Assembly (NCBI GenBank): GCA_964600165.1
Contig: CAZRIP010000004.1
Coordinates: forward strand, 5,883 to 69,882
Length of the DNA: 64,000 nt
Reading direction: 5' to 3'
Source: an uncultured Elusimicrobia bacterium
GTDB lineage: Bacteria; Elusimicrobiota; Elusimicrobia; UBA1565; UBA9628
Position 1 is the first letter of the stretch. Every line of letters begins with the position of its first letter. The notes below the pieces were generated by a model. The model did not search any database, was not told the DNA's origin, and worked only from the letters and a program-made list of their open reading frames with translations. Below are positions 50,425-60,900 of this stretch, piece after piece. Made by a program: the position numbers and the translations under genes.

Positions 50425-51462
50425 ATGAAACCGCTCGTCCTCGCCGCGGCCATCGCCATGCTCCCCGCCGCGCGCGTCCGCGCCGCGCTGCTCCCCGAAG
50501 AAGAGAACACGATCGGCGTCTTCAAGAACGCCTCGGAGTCCGTCGTCTTCGTCACGAACATCGCCATCGTTCAGGACGTCTTCATGGACGAGTACGCGCG
50601 GCCGCAGGGCGCGGGCTCGGGCTTCATCTGGGACAAGGAAGGCCACATCGTCACCAATTTCCACGTCGTCAACGGCGGCAACGCTTTTCTCGTCACGCTC
50701 AAGGACCATACGGAGCTCGAGGCCGTCGTCGTCGGCGTCGAGCCGCGCAAGGACATCGCCGTGCTCAAGGTGACCAAGGCGCTCGACAAGATGAAGCCGA
50801 TCCAGCTCGGGCACTCCGAGACGCTGCAGGTCGGCCAGAAGACGCTGGCGATCGGCAACCCGTTCGGCCTCGACAACACGCTCACCACCGGCATCGTCAG
50901 CGCGATCGGCCGCCAAGTCGAGGGCATCGGCGGCGTGACGATCCACGACATGGTCCAGACCGACGCCGCGATCAACCCCGGCAACTCGGGCGGGCCTCTG
51001 CTCGACTCTGAGGGCCGGCTCATCGGCATGAACACGATGATCTACTCCCAATCCGGCTCGAACGCGGGCGTGGGCTTCGCCGTTCCGGTCAGCTCCATCC
51101 GCAAGATCGTGCCGCAGCTCATTAAGTACGGGAAGACCATCCAGCCCGGCATGGGGGTGACGATCCTGACCGAGCCGCAGAAGGCGCAGCTGCTCGGCAC
51201 GGTCGAGGGCGTCGTCGTGCGGGCGGTGACGCACGATTCGCCGGCGGATCACGCGGGGCTCGAGGGCATCATGCGCGACCGCCGCACCGGCCGTCTGCAG
51301 ATCGGCGACATCATCGTCGGCATCGACGACAAGAAGGTCAAGGACTACGACGACCTCTACAACACGCTCGACAACTACAAGGTCGGCGACAAGGTCGTCG
51401 TCCGCACGCTGCGCGACGGCAAGAAGCGCTCTTACCCGCTCGAGCTCGTCAACGTCTTCTAG
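50425..51462 (+). CDS. HtrA/DegP-family periplasmic serine protease (S1C, one PDZ domain)
   Basis: Signal peptide. Catalytic triad contexts (TNFHVV, DIAVLK, GNSGGPL). A C-terminal PDZ domain. Confidence 0.85.
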   Translation: MKPLVLAAAIAMLPAARVRAALLPEEENTIGVFKNASESVVFVTNIAIVQDVFMDEYARPQGAGSGFIWDKEGHIVTNFHVVNGGNAFLVTLKDHTELEAVVVGVEPRKDIAVLKVTKALDKMKPIQLGHSETLQVGQKTLAIGNPFGLDNTLTTGIVSAIGRQVEGIGGVTIHDMVQTDAAINPGNSGGPLLDSEGRLIGMNTMIYSQSGSNAGVGFAVPVSSIRKIVPQLIKYGKTIQPGMGVTILTEPQKAQLLGTVEGVVVRAVTHDSPADHAGLEGIMRDRRTGRLQIGDIIVGIDDKKVKDYDDLYNTLDNYKVGDKVVVRTLRDGKKRSYPLELVNVF

Positions 51463-51492
51463 TAGTCACTCCAGGGCCTGCCCCCGCTGTGA

Positions 51493-52875
51493 CTAGTTGC
51501 GGCCGATCGGGGCGAGCTCCTCGTAGAGATGGATCGCGCTCTTGATCGCCTTCTTGAAGTCGCCGAGGTGCAAGCTCTCGTTCTCGGAATGCGGGTTGGT
51601 GTAGGGGTCCTCGACGCCGATGAGCAGCGCCGGCGCTCCGCCCAGAACCTTCGAGAACGGCCCAACGAACGGGATCGAGCCGCCGCAGCCCATGAAAACG
51701 GTCTCGCGCCCGAAGCCTTTCTTCAAGGCGCTGGCCGCCGCCTGAAAGACCTTCGACTCGGGCTCCGTCGTCCACGCCGGGTTCATCGACTCGCCCGAGA
51801 ACTCGACGGTCACGCCCCACGGCGCGTGCTTGAGAAGATGCTTCTTCAAGGCTGCGAGGACCTTTTTCGGGTCCATGTTCTCGACGATGCGGATGCCCAT
51901 GTGGCACCAGGCCGCCTCGTTGATGATGTTCGCGCAGTCCTTCCTTGAAGAAGCCTGGATCGCGTTGACCGAGAACGCCGGCTCGTACCAGTTGGCCCTC
52001 AAGAGATCCTTGGCGAGAAGCTTGGTCTTCGGCAGCACGCCGGTCTGCTTGCGGAAATCCTTCTCCGTGTACTTGAGAGAACGCATGCTCTTGAGCTCGG
52101 TCTTGGTGAGCTTGCGCACGTCCTTGTAGATGCCGGGGATGACCATGCGGCCGTTCTTGTCGGTGACGGCGGCGATCATCTTGGCGAGGGCCTGCACGGG
52201 ATCGACGAGCGCGCCGCCCCACATGCCGGAATGAAGCGGGTGGTCGGCCGAGCGGACCGTGACGTCGAGCGCGACTATGCCGCGCAGCGCCGTCGTGATC
52301 GAAGGCACGCCGACGTCGTAGTTGCCCGTGTCGGTCAGGACCATGATGTCGGCCTGGACCTTGGTCTTGTATTTCGCCAGAAACTCCTCGAGATGATCGC
52401 TGCCGCACTCTTCCTCGCCCTCGATGATGAGCTTGACGTTCAAGGGCAGCTTGCCGACGGTCCGCAGATAAGACGTGATGGCGCTCGTGTGCACGACGGC
52501 GCCGGCCTTGTCGTCGGCGGCGCCGCGGCCCCAAAGCCGGCCGTCGCGCTCCGTGGCGACGAAAGGAGGCGATTTCCAGAGCTCCTCTCTGCCCGCGGGC
52601 TGGACGTCATGGTGGGCGTATAAGAGGAGGGTCGGCGCGCCGGGCGCGTGCAGCCAGTCGCCGTAGACGTAGGGGTGGGCGCCCGGGAGCTTCAAGATCT
52701 CGACGTTCTCGACGCCGCGCGACTTCATCAGCGCGGCGACGGCCTCGGCCGAGGCCGCGACGTGCTTGGGATCGAAGCCGGGGAAGCTCACGCTCGGGAT
52801 CTTCACGAGCTCTTTTAAGTCGTTGACGAAATCGGACTGGTGATTCTCGGCGAAAGAAAGCGGTTGTTCGGTCAT
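51493..52875 (-). CDS. M20-family dipeptidase
   Basis: Metal-binding motifs HHDVQP and RGAADDKAG, with the catalytic Glu pair EGEEECG. Length 460 aa. Confidence 0.8.
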   Translation of the reverse strand: MTEQPLSFAENHQSDFVNDLKELVKIPSVSFPGFDPKHVAASAEAVAALMKSRGVENVEILKLPGAHPYVYGDWLHAPGAPTLLLYAHHDVQPAGREELWKSPPFVATERDGRLWGRGAADDKAGAVVHTSAITSYLRTVGKLPLNVKLIIEGEEECGSDHLEEFLAKYKTKVQADIMVLTDTGNYDVGVPSITTALRGIVALDVTVRSADHPLHSGMWGGALVDPVQALAKMIAAVTDKNGRMVIPGIYKDVRKLTKTELKSMRSLKYTEKDFRKQTGVLPKTKLLAKDLLRANWYEPAFSVNAIQASSRKDCANIINEAAWCHMGIRIVENMDPKKVLAALKKHLLKHAPWGVTVEFSGESMNPAWTTEPESKVFQAAASALKKGFGRETVFMGCGGSIPFVGPFSKVLGGAPALLIGVEDPYTNPHSENESLHLGDFKKAIKSAIHLYEELAPIGRN

Positions 52876-52903
52876 GTTCGGATTATAGAATTTGTAAAAT
52901 GGG

Positions 52904-54000
52904 CCGTGCCGATCCTGTCCCGCTATTTCCTGCGGCTCTTCCTCCCCACGTTTTTCCTGTGCCTGGCCGTCTTCACGGGCGTGCTGTTGATGAATCAGTT
53001 TCTCAAGCTCTTCAACCTGGCCGTAATGAAAGGCATTTCTCCCTTATGGATCGCGGCTTGTTTCGCCCGGCTCCTGCCTTTCATCTGCAGTCTGGCGATC
53101 CCGATGGCCTATCTCGTGGCGCTCTTGCTGGTCTTGGGACAGCTCTCCGAGAGCGGCGAGATCATGGCGCTGCGCGCGTCGGGCTTCTCGCTCTTCGAGA
53201 TGACTTGGCCGTTTCTCGCGATCGGCGGGATCCTTTCGGGTCTGCTGCTTTATCTCAACCACAAGGCGAGCCCAGAAGGCTTTCACTCGTTCAAGAACCA
53301 GTACGCGGCGGCGGCGCGGCAGCTCGCGCGCGTCGACATCGAGCCGCAGTCGTTCATGACCCTGGGTCAGTGGAAGCTCTACGCGCACTCGGCCGATCGC
53401 GAGACCGGCGAGCTGGAGGGGGTTTACCTCGTGCGCGCGGAAGGCGACGAGCGAGGCTCGGAGTTCCGGATCGAGGCCGCGCACGGCCATCTGCTCGTCG
53501 AGAAAGGCAAGGACGTCGCGCTCGAGCTCTACGACGGCGATTTCCAGACCGCCAATCCCGACCCCGAGAAATACACCTCGGGCGCGTTCAAGAAGTACCG
53601 ACTCGAGGTGCCGTTGACCGGGGGGCCCGCCGAGCAGCGCGATCCGGACATCCCGGAACTCAATTCGCGCAAGCTCGCCGCCGCGGCCAAGGACCCTGCT
53701 ACGACGCCGGAGCACCGGATCGAGTACTTGGTCGAGCTCGCCGTGCGCAGCGCGTCCGCCGTCTCGCCGTTCGTGTTCTTCTTTCTAGCGGCGCCCTTGG
53801 GGCTGCAAATGCAGAAGCACAGCAAGGGCCTGGGCTTCGCGTTCTCCCTGGCGATCCTTTTCTTTTTCTACGGTCTTCTCGCCGTCGGCATCGGCGTGGG
53901 CCGGCGGAACGAGCATCTGTCTCATGTCGCGCCGTGGCTCGCCGACGCGGCCGGTCTCGCCTGCGGCCTCGCGATGACCCGGAGACTCTCTCGCCAATGA
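52904..54000 (+). CDS. LptF/LptG-family LPS export permease
   Basis: GTG start giving MPILSRYFLR (canonical MxILxRYxxR). 6 transmembrane helices with a periplasmic beta-jellyroll insert. Confidence 0.75.
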
Positions 54001-55067
54001 TCCGCATCTTCTCGCGGTACATGGCCTCGCGCTTTTTCAAGCCGTTCGCCTTCGGCCTATGCGTCTTCGCTCTTCTGGTCTTCTTGGGCGACATGTTCGA
54101 TCACATGAACGCGCTCGCCAAGAGCCACGCGACGATGGTCGTGATCCTCGAATATCTCTGGCTTGAAGTGCCGTATTGGACGATCCGCGTGATCCCGATG
54201 GCGACGCTCTTGGCGACGCTTTATGCTTTGACCGGCTTCGTCCAGAGCGGGGAGTGGATCGCGGCCCAGGCGAGCGGCTTCGAGTCGAAGTATTTCTGGC
54301 GGCCGGTCCTCGCTTGCTCGCTCGCGGTCACCGCCATCAGCTTCCTCGCCCAAGAGACGGTCCTGCCGCTGTGCTACCGTCATGCGCGCATCCTGTGGCA
54401 GGAGCGCATCCATCCCGAGTGGGAGTGGGACAAGTACTACGACATCGCCCTGATCGGAGGCCCGGACCAGTTCATCTCCGCCAAGATGTTCCAGCCCAAG
54501 GAAGGCCTCATGGTGCGTCCCTTGCTCGAGAAGGTGGGCAAGGAGGGCGTCGAGAGCCAGCTCGACGCCAAGAAGGCGACGTGGGACGGAAGCCGGTGGG
54601 TCTTCTACGACGGCGTCGCGCGCGACTTTTCTCCGGGCAAGCTCACGCAGAAGCCCTTCGACCGGCAAGACTCGGACCTCACGGTTCCGCCGCGCAACCT
54701 GATCCCGCGCGCGAGCAATCCGGACGAGATGAGCTACCGCGAGCTCAAGCAGTATTCCGAGCGCGTCGGGCATCTTGGAATCCCTCCGCGCCAGTTCGAG
54801 ATCGCCGTCGACGCCAAGCTGGCCGCGCCGTTCACGAACTTCGTCATCTGCGCGCTCGGAATCCCGATCGCCCTGCGGCTGCAGCGGGCCTCCAAGATCA
54901 TCAACTTTTGCGCCGCGCTCGGGCTTTCCTCGGTCTACCTCTTCGTCAGCGAGATCGCCAAGACCCTGGGCGGCGGCGGAGAGCTGCCGCCGTTGGCGGC
55001 CGCGTGGTTGCCTAACATCCTGTTCGCCGGAGTCGCCTTTTATTTGATCCGGCTCTGGGGCTACTAG
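53997..55067 (+). CDS. LptF/LptG-family LPS export permease (second subunit)
   Basis: ATGA overlap. MIRIFSRYMASRFFKPF N-terminus and the same topology. Confidence 0.75.
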   Translation: MIRIFSRYMASRFFKPFAFGLCVFALLVFLGDMFDHMNALAKSHATMVVILEYLWLEVPYWTIRVIPMATLLATLYALTGFVQSGEWIAAQASGFESKYFWRPVLACSLAVTAISFLAQETVLPLCYRHARILWQERIHPEWEWDKYYDIALIGGPDQFISAKMFQPKEGLMVRPLLEKVGKEGVESQLDAKKATWDGSRWVFYDGVARDFSPGKLTQKPFDRQDSDLTVPPRNLIPRASNPDEMSYRELKQYSERVGHLGIPPRQFEIAVDAKLAAPFTNFVICALGIPIALRLQRASKIINFCAALGLSSVYLFVSEIAKTLGGGGELPPLAAAWLPNILFAGVAFYLIRLWGY

Positions 55068-56290
55068 AACGTAACTCCGAGGGTCGCGCCCGCGCCGAAC
55101 TCGGCGGGAAAAGTCTTCGATTGGTCGATCGACTGCGTCGTGACTTTCTTCGGGCTCCAATTCACCGCGAGGTCGAGGCTGACGTGGAATAGGCGCAGCC
55201 CGCCGCCGAGAGAGATCAGCGTCTTTGCGCCCGCCTGAGCGAGGTTGCGGGAAAGTCCGAAGCGCAGCGGTAGATTGAACGACTGGCTGTTGATGACGTT
55301 GAACTCGGCGCCGACGCCGCCGTAGCGCGCCGCTTGGCTCGAGGCCGCGGTCGCGTTCGAGGTCAGGTCGAGGTCGGCGGTGAAATTCATGAAGCCGAGC
55401 GGCGAGATCGCGAAACCGGCGCGCGCGTTCGGCTGGAGCTTGAACTTGCCCGGCTCGCCGTTGTTCTTCGCGACTTCGGGCTGCGAGAAGCTGGGTCCGT
55501 TGAGGTCGTGCGCGGCGACGGCCAGGCGCGGGTGCATCGGCACGCCGGCGAAAGAGCGGCTCAGGTCCCAGATCGCGCCGAGGTCGATCCCGGGCTGGAA
55601 GCTCGACTTCGTGTTCTTCGAGAAGTCGCCCAAGAAGCCCGTCGAGCTCGAGTCGCCGCTGCCGAGGAGCTGGTGCTGGGCGTAACCGACGCGGCCGACG
55701 ATGCCCTTGAGCGCGCCGCCGACCATGACGCCGCGGGCGAACGGCAGCTCGTGGCCGTACGCGGCGCCGAACTCGGTGGCGCTGATGCCGCGCAGGACGA
55801 TGGCCGAAGTGTTGTTTTGGACGGTCGCCGCGGTCGCGTGCGTCATGTCGATCATCGGCTTGGCGCCGATGTCGGTGACGTCGTCGGCGAAGACGGCGAG
55901 CTTCCCGATCTTGACGAACGCGCCGCCGCCGAGGTCCGCCCGGGCGCCGGTCCCCGAAGAATTCAGCTTGTTGAGCGCGTTTTGTATGTTCGCGTCGGTG
56001 CAGTTCGGGGCGCCGGCTTGGCAGTCTTTCTGCAGTTGGGCCAGATCATTGGCGCCCTGGACCATGTCGCCGCTGACGGCGGCGTGGCCGGTGAACGGCA
56101 GCTCGACGCCCGAGGAGTTGTTCGCTTGGTCGAGGCCCGCCGGGTTCCAATAAGCGCCGATCGGGCCTTGCGCGAGCGCCGTGCCCGTGCCGCCCATCGC
56201 CATCGCGCGCGCGCCGAGGTTGTGCCATTCGGTCGCCGAGGCGGCCGCCGCAAGGGGCAGCATCGTCAAGAAAGCGATAAAAGTCTTCAT
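55064..56290 (-). CDS. Outer-membrane beta-barrel protein, FadL/TodX/OmpP1-like
   Basis: Signal peptide. The N-terminal motif GARAMAMGGTGTALAQGPIGAYWNPAGL resembles the FadL-family NPA(G/L) hatch motif. Terminal Phe (…TLGVTF). Confidence 0.5.
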   Translation of the reverse strand: MKTFIAFLTMLPLAAAASATEWHNLGARAMAMGGTGTALAQGPIGAYWNPAGLDQANNSSGVELPFTGHAAVSGDMVQGANDLAQLQKDCQAGAPNCTDANIQNALNKLNSSGTGARADLGGGAFVKIGKLAVFADDVTDIGAKPMIDMTHATAATVQNNTSAIVLRGISATEFGAAYGHELPFARGVMVGGALKGIVGRVGYAQHQLLGSGDSSSTGFLGDFSKNTKSSFQPGIDLGAIWDLSRSFAGVPMHPRLAVAAHDLNGPSFSQPEVAKNNGEPGKFKLQPNARAGFAISPLGFMNFTADLDLTSNATAASSQAARYGGVGAEFNVINSQSFNLPLRFGLSRNLAQAGAKTLISLGGGLRLFHVSLDLAVNWSPKKVTTQSIDQSKTFPAEFGAGATLGVTF

Positions 56291-56343
56291 AAGTCTTCTA
56301 TATAGCAGGCCGACGCGGCCGCGTCAATGTGACTTTGGCGGGC

Positions 56344-57852
56344 TTAGCTCGGAAGCTGGAAGAGGATCCTCGGAAGGTGGCGCAGGTAGATCAGCAGGTC
56401 GCGCAGCCGGCCGCGCTCGCGGGCGACGTCCTTAGGCACGAGGGAGCCGAGCGTTTCGCCCGCCGCGGCTTGATTGGGAAGCAAGTAGAGGCGAGGAGCT
56501 CCAGTTTTTACCGGCGGCGCGAGCAGGAGCTTGCGAAACGTCCGGTTCGAGAAGTAACGCGTGAAGGGCGAGAGCTTGATCTCGACTCCCATTTTCCGCA
56601 GCAGGCGCAGCGGGACCTGATTGCAATTGTGGAAAAAGATCGAGAGCGGGATCCCGCCCTTGCCGTCGCTTTCCTCCGCGTATCGCGCGAACTTCTCGGC
56701 GGCGGCCTTGGATATCTGGAACGGCACGCCGAGGGAGAAAGGCGGCATCTCGGGATGGCGGCCGAGCTGCGTCTTGAAGAACGGGTTCGAGAAAATGAAG
56801 GCGCGCGCGGAGGGGTAAACGCGCCAGCCCTTCGAGCCGACGAACTCGAACAGGCGGTCGCCCACGCGAAGGGCGTTGTGGCCGTCCGGCATGTAGAACG
56901 GAAAGTAGTGCCACTCGACCGTGACCGGGTCTTCGGGCCGGGCGGTCGCGTAGGCTTCCTGCTCTTTTTTGAACAACCGCTCGGCCGAGCTGCGCGTCTC
57001 GACGGAGAACGTGAGCCCGTCCGCGCGCGCCAGGACGGGGCCGTTCTTCGGCTTTGGGGCCGGGATGAAGACGCGCGGCGCGTCGCCGGGGCTTTCCGGC
57101 GGCCTCAAATGACGCCCGGCGTCGTACGGGTCGAATACGAGCTGGCGCCCGCCCGCGTGGACGAGGTTGACGAGAAAGCCGTCGACGGTCGCGAGCTTGG
57201 GCTTGAACCCCGCGCTCCGCAGCGCGACGTTCGCGAGCAGCGCGTATTCGCGATCGGTGGCGGACGCGCGCGTCTTGACGAACTCGCCGAGTTCCACGGC
57301 GCGGCCGCGCCGCCGCTCCTTTAAGAGGAGCGCCTGGCGATCTAGAGCGTCGCCCTTTCTGGGAAGCGCCTTGCGCACGAGCGCGGAGACCGAGGCCAGT
57401 CGCTCGGCCTCGGAGCCCTCGATCGACTCCGTCTTTTTGAGCAGATTGCGCAAGCCGGGATGCGAGAGCGAGACGCGCGTGGGAATCTCGCCCGCGGCCT
57501 CGACGAGCGCGCCGTCCGAAAGCGCCGGCCTCTTGACCGAAGAAGAGTAGTCGAAGGTCTCCCGCATGTACGCCTCGACGGGCTTATCCGCCGGCCGCGC
57601 CGTAAACGAGGCGAGCGCGAGATAGACGGCGGCCTTGGCCACCCGGGGAGCCGCGGCGAGATTCGCCGCGAGCGGCGTCTCGGCGTCGTCCGGGACGACC
57701 GTCACTTGGTAGGGCTGGAGGCTCGCGGGAAGAGGCTCTACGGCCGGCATCGCGGCGCTCTGGGGCGCCGGTTCGGCTTCGACAGGACGCTCGAGCTCCG
57801 CCGCGGAGACGGGCGGACACAGGAGAAGAGCCGACAAGAGCAGCTGAAGCAT
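56344..57852 (-). CDS. Hypothetical secreted protein (502 aa)
   Basis: Signal peptide MLQLLLSALLLCPPVSAA. No recognisable domain. The ORF-track extension upstream of 57852 is a frame artefact overlapping the next gene. Confidence 0.45.
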   Translation of the reverse strand: MLQLLLSALLLCPPVSAAELERPVEAEPAPQSAAMPAVEPLPASLQPYQVTVVPDDAETPLAANLAAAPRVAKAAVYLALASFTARPADKPVEAYMRETFDYSSSVKRPALSDGALVEAAGEIPTRVSLSHPGLRNLLKKTESIEGSEAERLASVSALVRKALPRKGDALDRQALLLKERRRGRAVELGEFVKTRASATDREYALLANVALRSAGFKPKLATVDGFLVNLVHAGGRQLVFDPYDAGRHLRPPESPGDAPRVFIPAPKPKNGPVLARADGLTFSVETRSSAERLFKKEQEAYATARPEDPVTVEWHYFPFYMPDGHNALRVGDRLFEFVGSKGWRVYPSARAFIFSNPFFKTQLGRHPEMPPFSLGVPFQISKAAAEKFARYAEESDGKGGIPLSIFFHNCNQVPLRLLRKMGVEIKLSPFTRYFSNRTFRKLLLAPPVKTGAPRLYLLPNQAAAGETLGSLVPKDVARERGRLRDLLIYLRHLPRILFQLPS

Positions 57853-57923
57853 CGATGGTCTTAACAGAAGCCCCCGCGGGCCCGAGCCCGCGGGGGCGAT
57901 GTCACTCGTGTTGTCAGCGAACG

Positions 57924-60900
57924 TTAAGGCTTGCCGTATTTCTTGCCGCCCCAAGAGAAGCTCGGAGCGAAGCGGATGCCCGGCATTCGGATATTGGCGC
58001 CAAGCGCGCGGGCGATCAAGACGTAACCAATGACGAGCGGGATGGCGGCCACGAACGTGCCCAGCAGGCCGAGCACGACGTGGCCCGTCAGGATGCCGGC
58101 GCCGATAGAGCCGACGACGCCGGCCGCGTTGATGACTCCGAATTCCTTCATGGTCAAGTCCCGCGGCGCCTTCGGGGCCTCGGGCGCGGCCGAAGCTTCC
58201 GTCGCGGGCCGCGCCGTTTGGTTCGTCGTCGCCCGGATGCCGACGACTCCGGACGGCCCGGCGGGCTTTTCGCCCGCCGGCGCCGCCTCGTCGGTCTGCC
58301 CACCGATGCGCTTGATCTGCGTGGCCATGTACTCGGTCGACTTGGCCGAGCCGGTGATCGTGATCGTGAACTGGCTGTTGCGCCAGCCTCTTTGCTCCTC
58401 GATCTTGAACCCGAGGTCGTGGTAGTCGCCCGAGCGGTACTGATAAGCCCCCTGGAGCTTCGCGCGGATCTCGTCGCGCGCGGCGCGGCCGGCCGACAGC
58501 GAGAAGGTCTTCGTGACGACCTGCGCGCTCGCGCCCTGGCCGAAGCCCTCGGGTACGAGAGCGTTGGCGCCCTCGAAGGTGTCCGACGCGATCTCCTCGA
58601 CCGCGACACCGGCGCCGCCGGTGACGACTCCGACGAGCCCGTTGGCGAGGTCGGCGACGCCGCCGACGATGCCCGGGTTCTGCGGCAGGTCGATGCCGTG
58701 CGCCTTGGCGGCCGCGCGGATCTCCTTCTCGAAGCGGATGGTGCCGTCGTTGCCCATGGCTCTGAGCAGGACCTGCGCCATCTGCGACGGGATGTCGCTG
58801 GTCTTCGCGAAGAGCGTCGGGACGATCAGGCTCTCGGCCGTGGCCGCGCCCTTGGCCTCGCCGAGCGAGGCGATGAGCGCCTTGCGCAGTTTCCAGGCGA
58901 AGCCCATCCACGCCTGGCCCTGATCGTGGACCTCGTCGCTGTCGCTGTATTGGTAAGTGTTCTCGCCGTGGCGGATCCACGACGGGTTGCGGTTCTTGAG
59001 GAAGCCCTCGCCGATGATCGGCGTGCCGAGGATGAACATCGAGCCGATGTCGCCCCAGCCTTCCGACATGCCGCCGTTGGTGATGCCGCCGATCATGTCG
59101 TCGACGAAGTGGCCGTACTCGTGCATGCCGACGCCGGGCCGGCCGGTGTCCGAGCATTCCTCGGAGTCGCGGAAGAAGTTGAGGCTCGGGCGGCCGGGCG
59201 TGTAGTAAGCGTTGCAGTCCTGATGGATGTTGACGTTGACCGGGATCTGCTTGTCGATGCGCGCGTCGGCGTTGAGGCGCGTGCTCCACCAGTCGTGGAT
59301 GCGGTTGATCCAGATGAGCATGTTGACCTGGTTGATCGTGCCGAGGTCGTTTTGCTCGGGGTTGAGGACGACGACGTTCGGCTTGCTCGGGTCGAGCGTC
59401 ACGTTGACCTTGAGCTCCTTGCGGTCGGTGTCGTGGATCTTGGCCCACTTGCTCTCGACGGTGGCCGTGAAGGTCTTGCCCTTGCCGGCGAACTTGCCGT
59501 CGGTGTCGGCCATGTCGGCCTTGCCGTCGAGCGTGAACTTGATGTACGGGGTCGCGAGGTCGACCAAGACCGGCTCGCCGTTCTGGCGATGATCGTTGGC
59601 TTCGGCGCGAGCCTGGACGACGCCGGAGACGGAGGCGGCGTCGGGCTCGGCCGCGGCTTGCGCGAGCATGACGGTCTCCTTGCCGGAGGCGTCGGTGAAG
59701 ATGTACTGGACCGGGTGGCTGCGGGCCAGAGTCTGCCAGCGCTCAATGCGCACGGCCGTCGGGTTGACGCCCCGGGAAAGGACCGAGCTATAGGCCGTCT
59801 CGAGATTCATGATCTTCGACAGATCGATCTCGTTGAAGTCGGTGCCGGACGGCGCGGGGCGCGCGTCCGTCGCATGGACCTCGCCCTTGAAGTTGACGTA
59901 GACCTCGAGCACCTGGTTCGTCGCCGGAACGTAGAAGCGATAAGCCCAGATGTTGGACTTATTGAGGAGGTTCGCCGCCGCGCCGATGAGCTGGGCGCCC
60001 GCGGGAGCCGCCTGGCGCGCGGCCTCGAGGCGAGCCGACGCCTCGGGGTAGGCCATCTTCGGCGCGGTGTAGCGGTGGATCGTCCAGCCCTTGAAGATCT
60101 CGTTGGAGACGATCTTGGCCATGTTGTCGACCGGACCGTCGACGACGAGAAGCGTGCCGCCGTTGCCTTCGGTGGCGAGCGTCATGCCGGCCTTCGCGAG
60201 GAAATCCTTCATCGCGGAGCGCGCTTCATCCGTCAGCGGTCTCTCGTCGCGATAAGCGATCGCGAAGCGGCCCTGCTCGGGCGCCTTCGTCGCCGCGTCG
60301 CGGACGCCGACGCGGGAGTCCCACGCGAAGATGTCGCCCGTGGCGATATCTATGGCGACCTTGACGCCGACGTACTGGCCGAGGCCGTCGATGTCGTAGA
60401 GGTTGACGGCGTGCCAGGCGCCCTCGTGATAGACGATGCGGCGCTCGACGAAGACGAGGCTGACGCCGGCGCCCTGGGGCATCTGGCGCAGCTGGTCCTC
60501 GGCGACCTGCTTGAGCTCGTCGTCGGTCTTGGTGGCGCGCGCCGCGACGTTGAGGTTCGGGTAGAGCTTGGCGGAAGCCGCCATCAGGATCGGCTGGTTC
60601 TTGACGATGTTGACCGTGAACGAGAGCGACGTGCCGTTGACGACGGCGTTGGTCGTCGCGCCGTCGGCGCCCGTCGTCTTGCGCTGCTGCTGGAAGTACG
60701 CGAAGACCTGGCCGATCTGGTCGCCTTCGCCCGGGACGTAGCGCACGTGGACTTCCTTGAGCTCGTCGCGCGTGACGCCCCACTTGGCGGCGTCGTTGTC
60801 GATCATGCGCAGGAGAGCTTCCTTGACGCTCGATTCGATCTCGGCTTGCGTGCCGCGCACGCTCGCGTTGAGGACGCGCGGGCCGGCGCCGAAAATGCCG

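Noticed and set aside
56344-59448. 1034-aa ORF on the minus strand
   Set aside because: Its N-terminal 530 aa are a low-complexity alternative frame of the M4-like protease gene. The real gene starts at the ATG at 57852 with a signal peptide.
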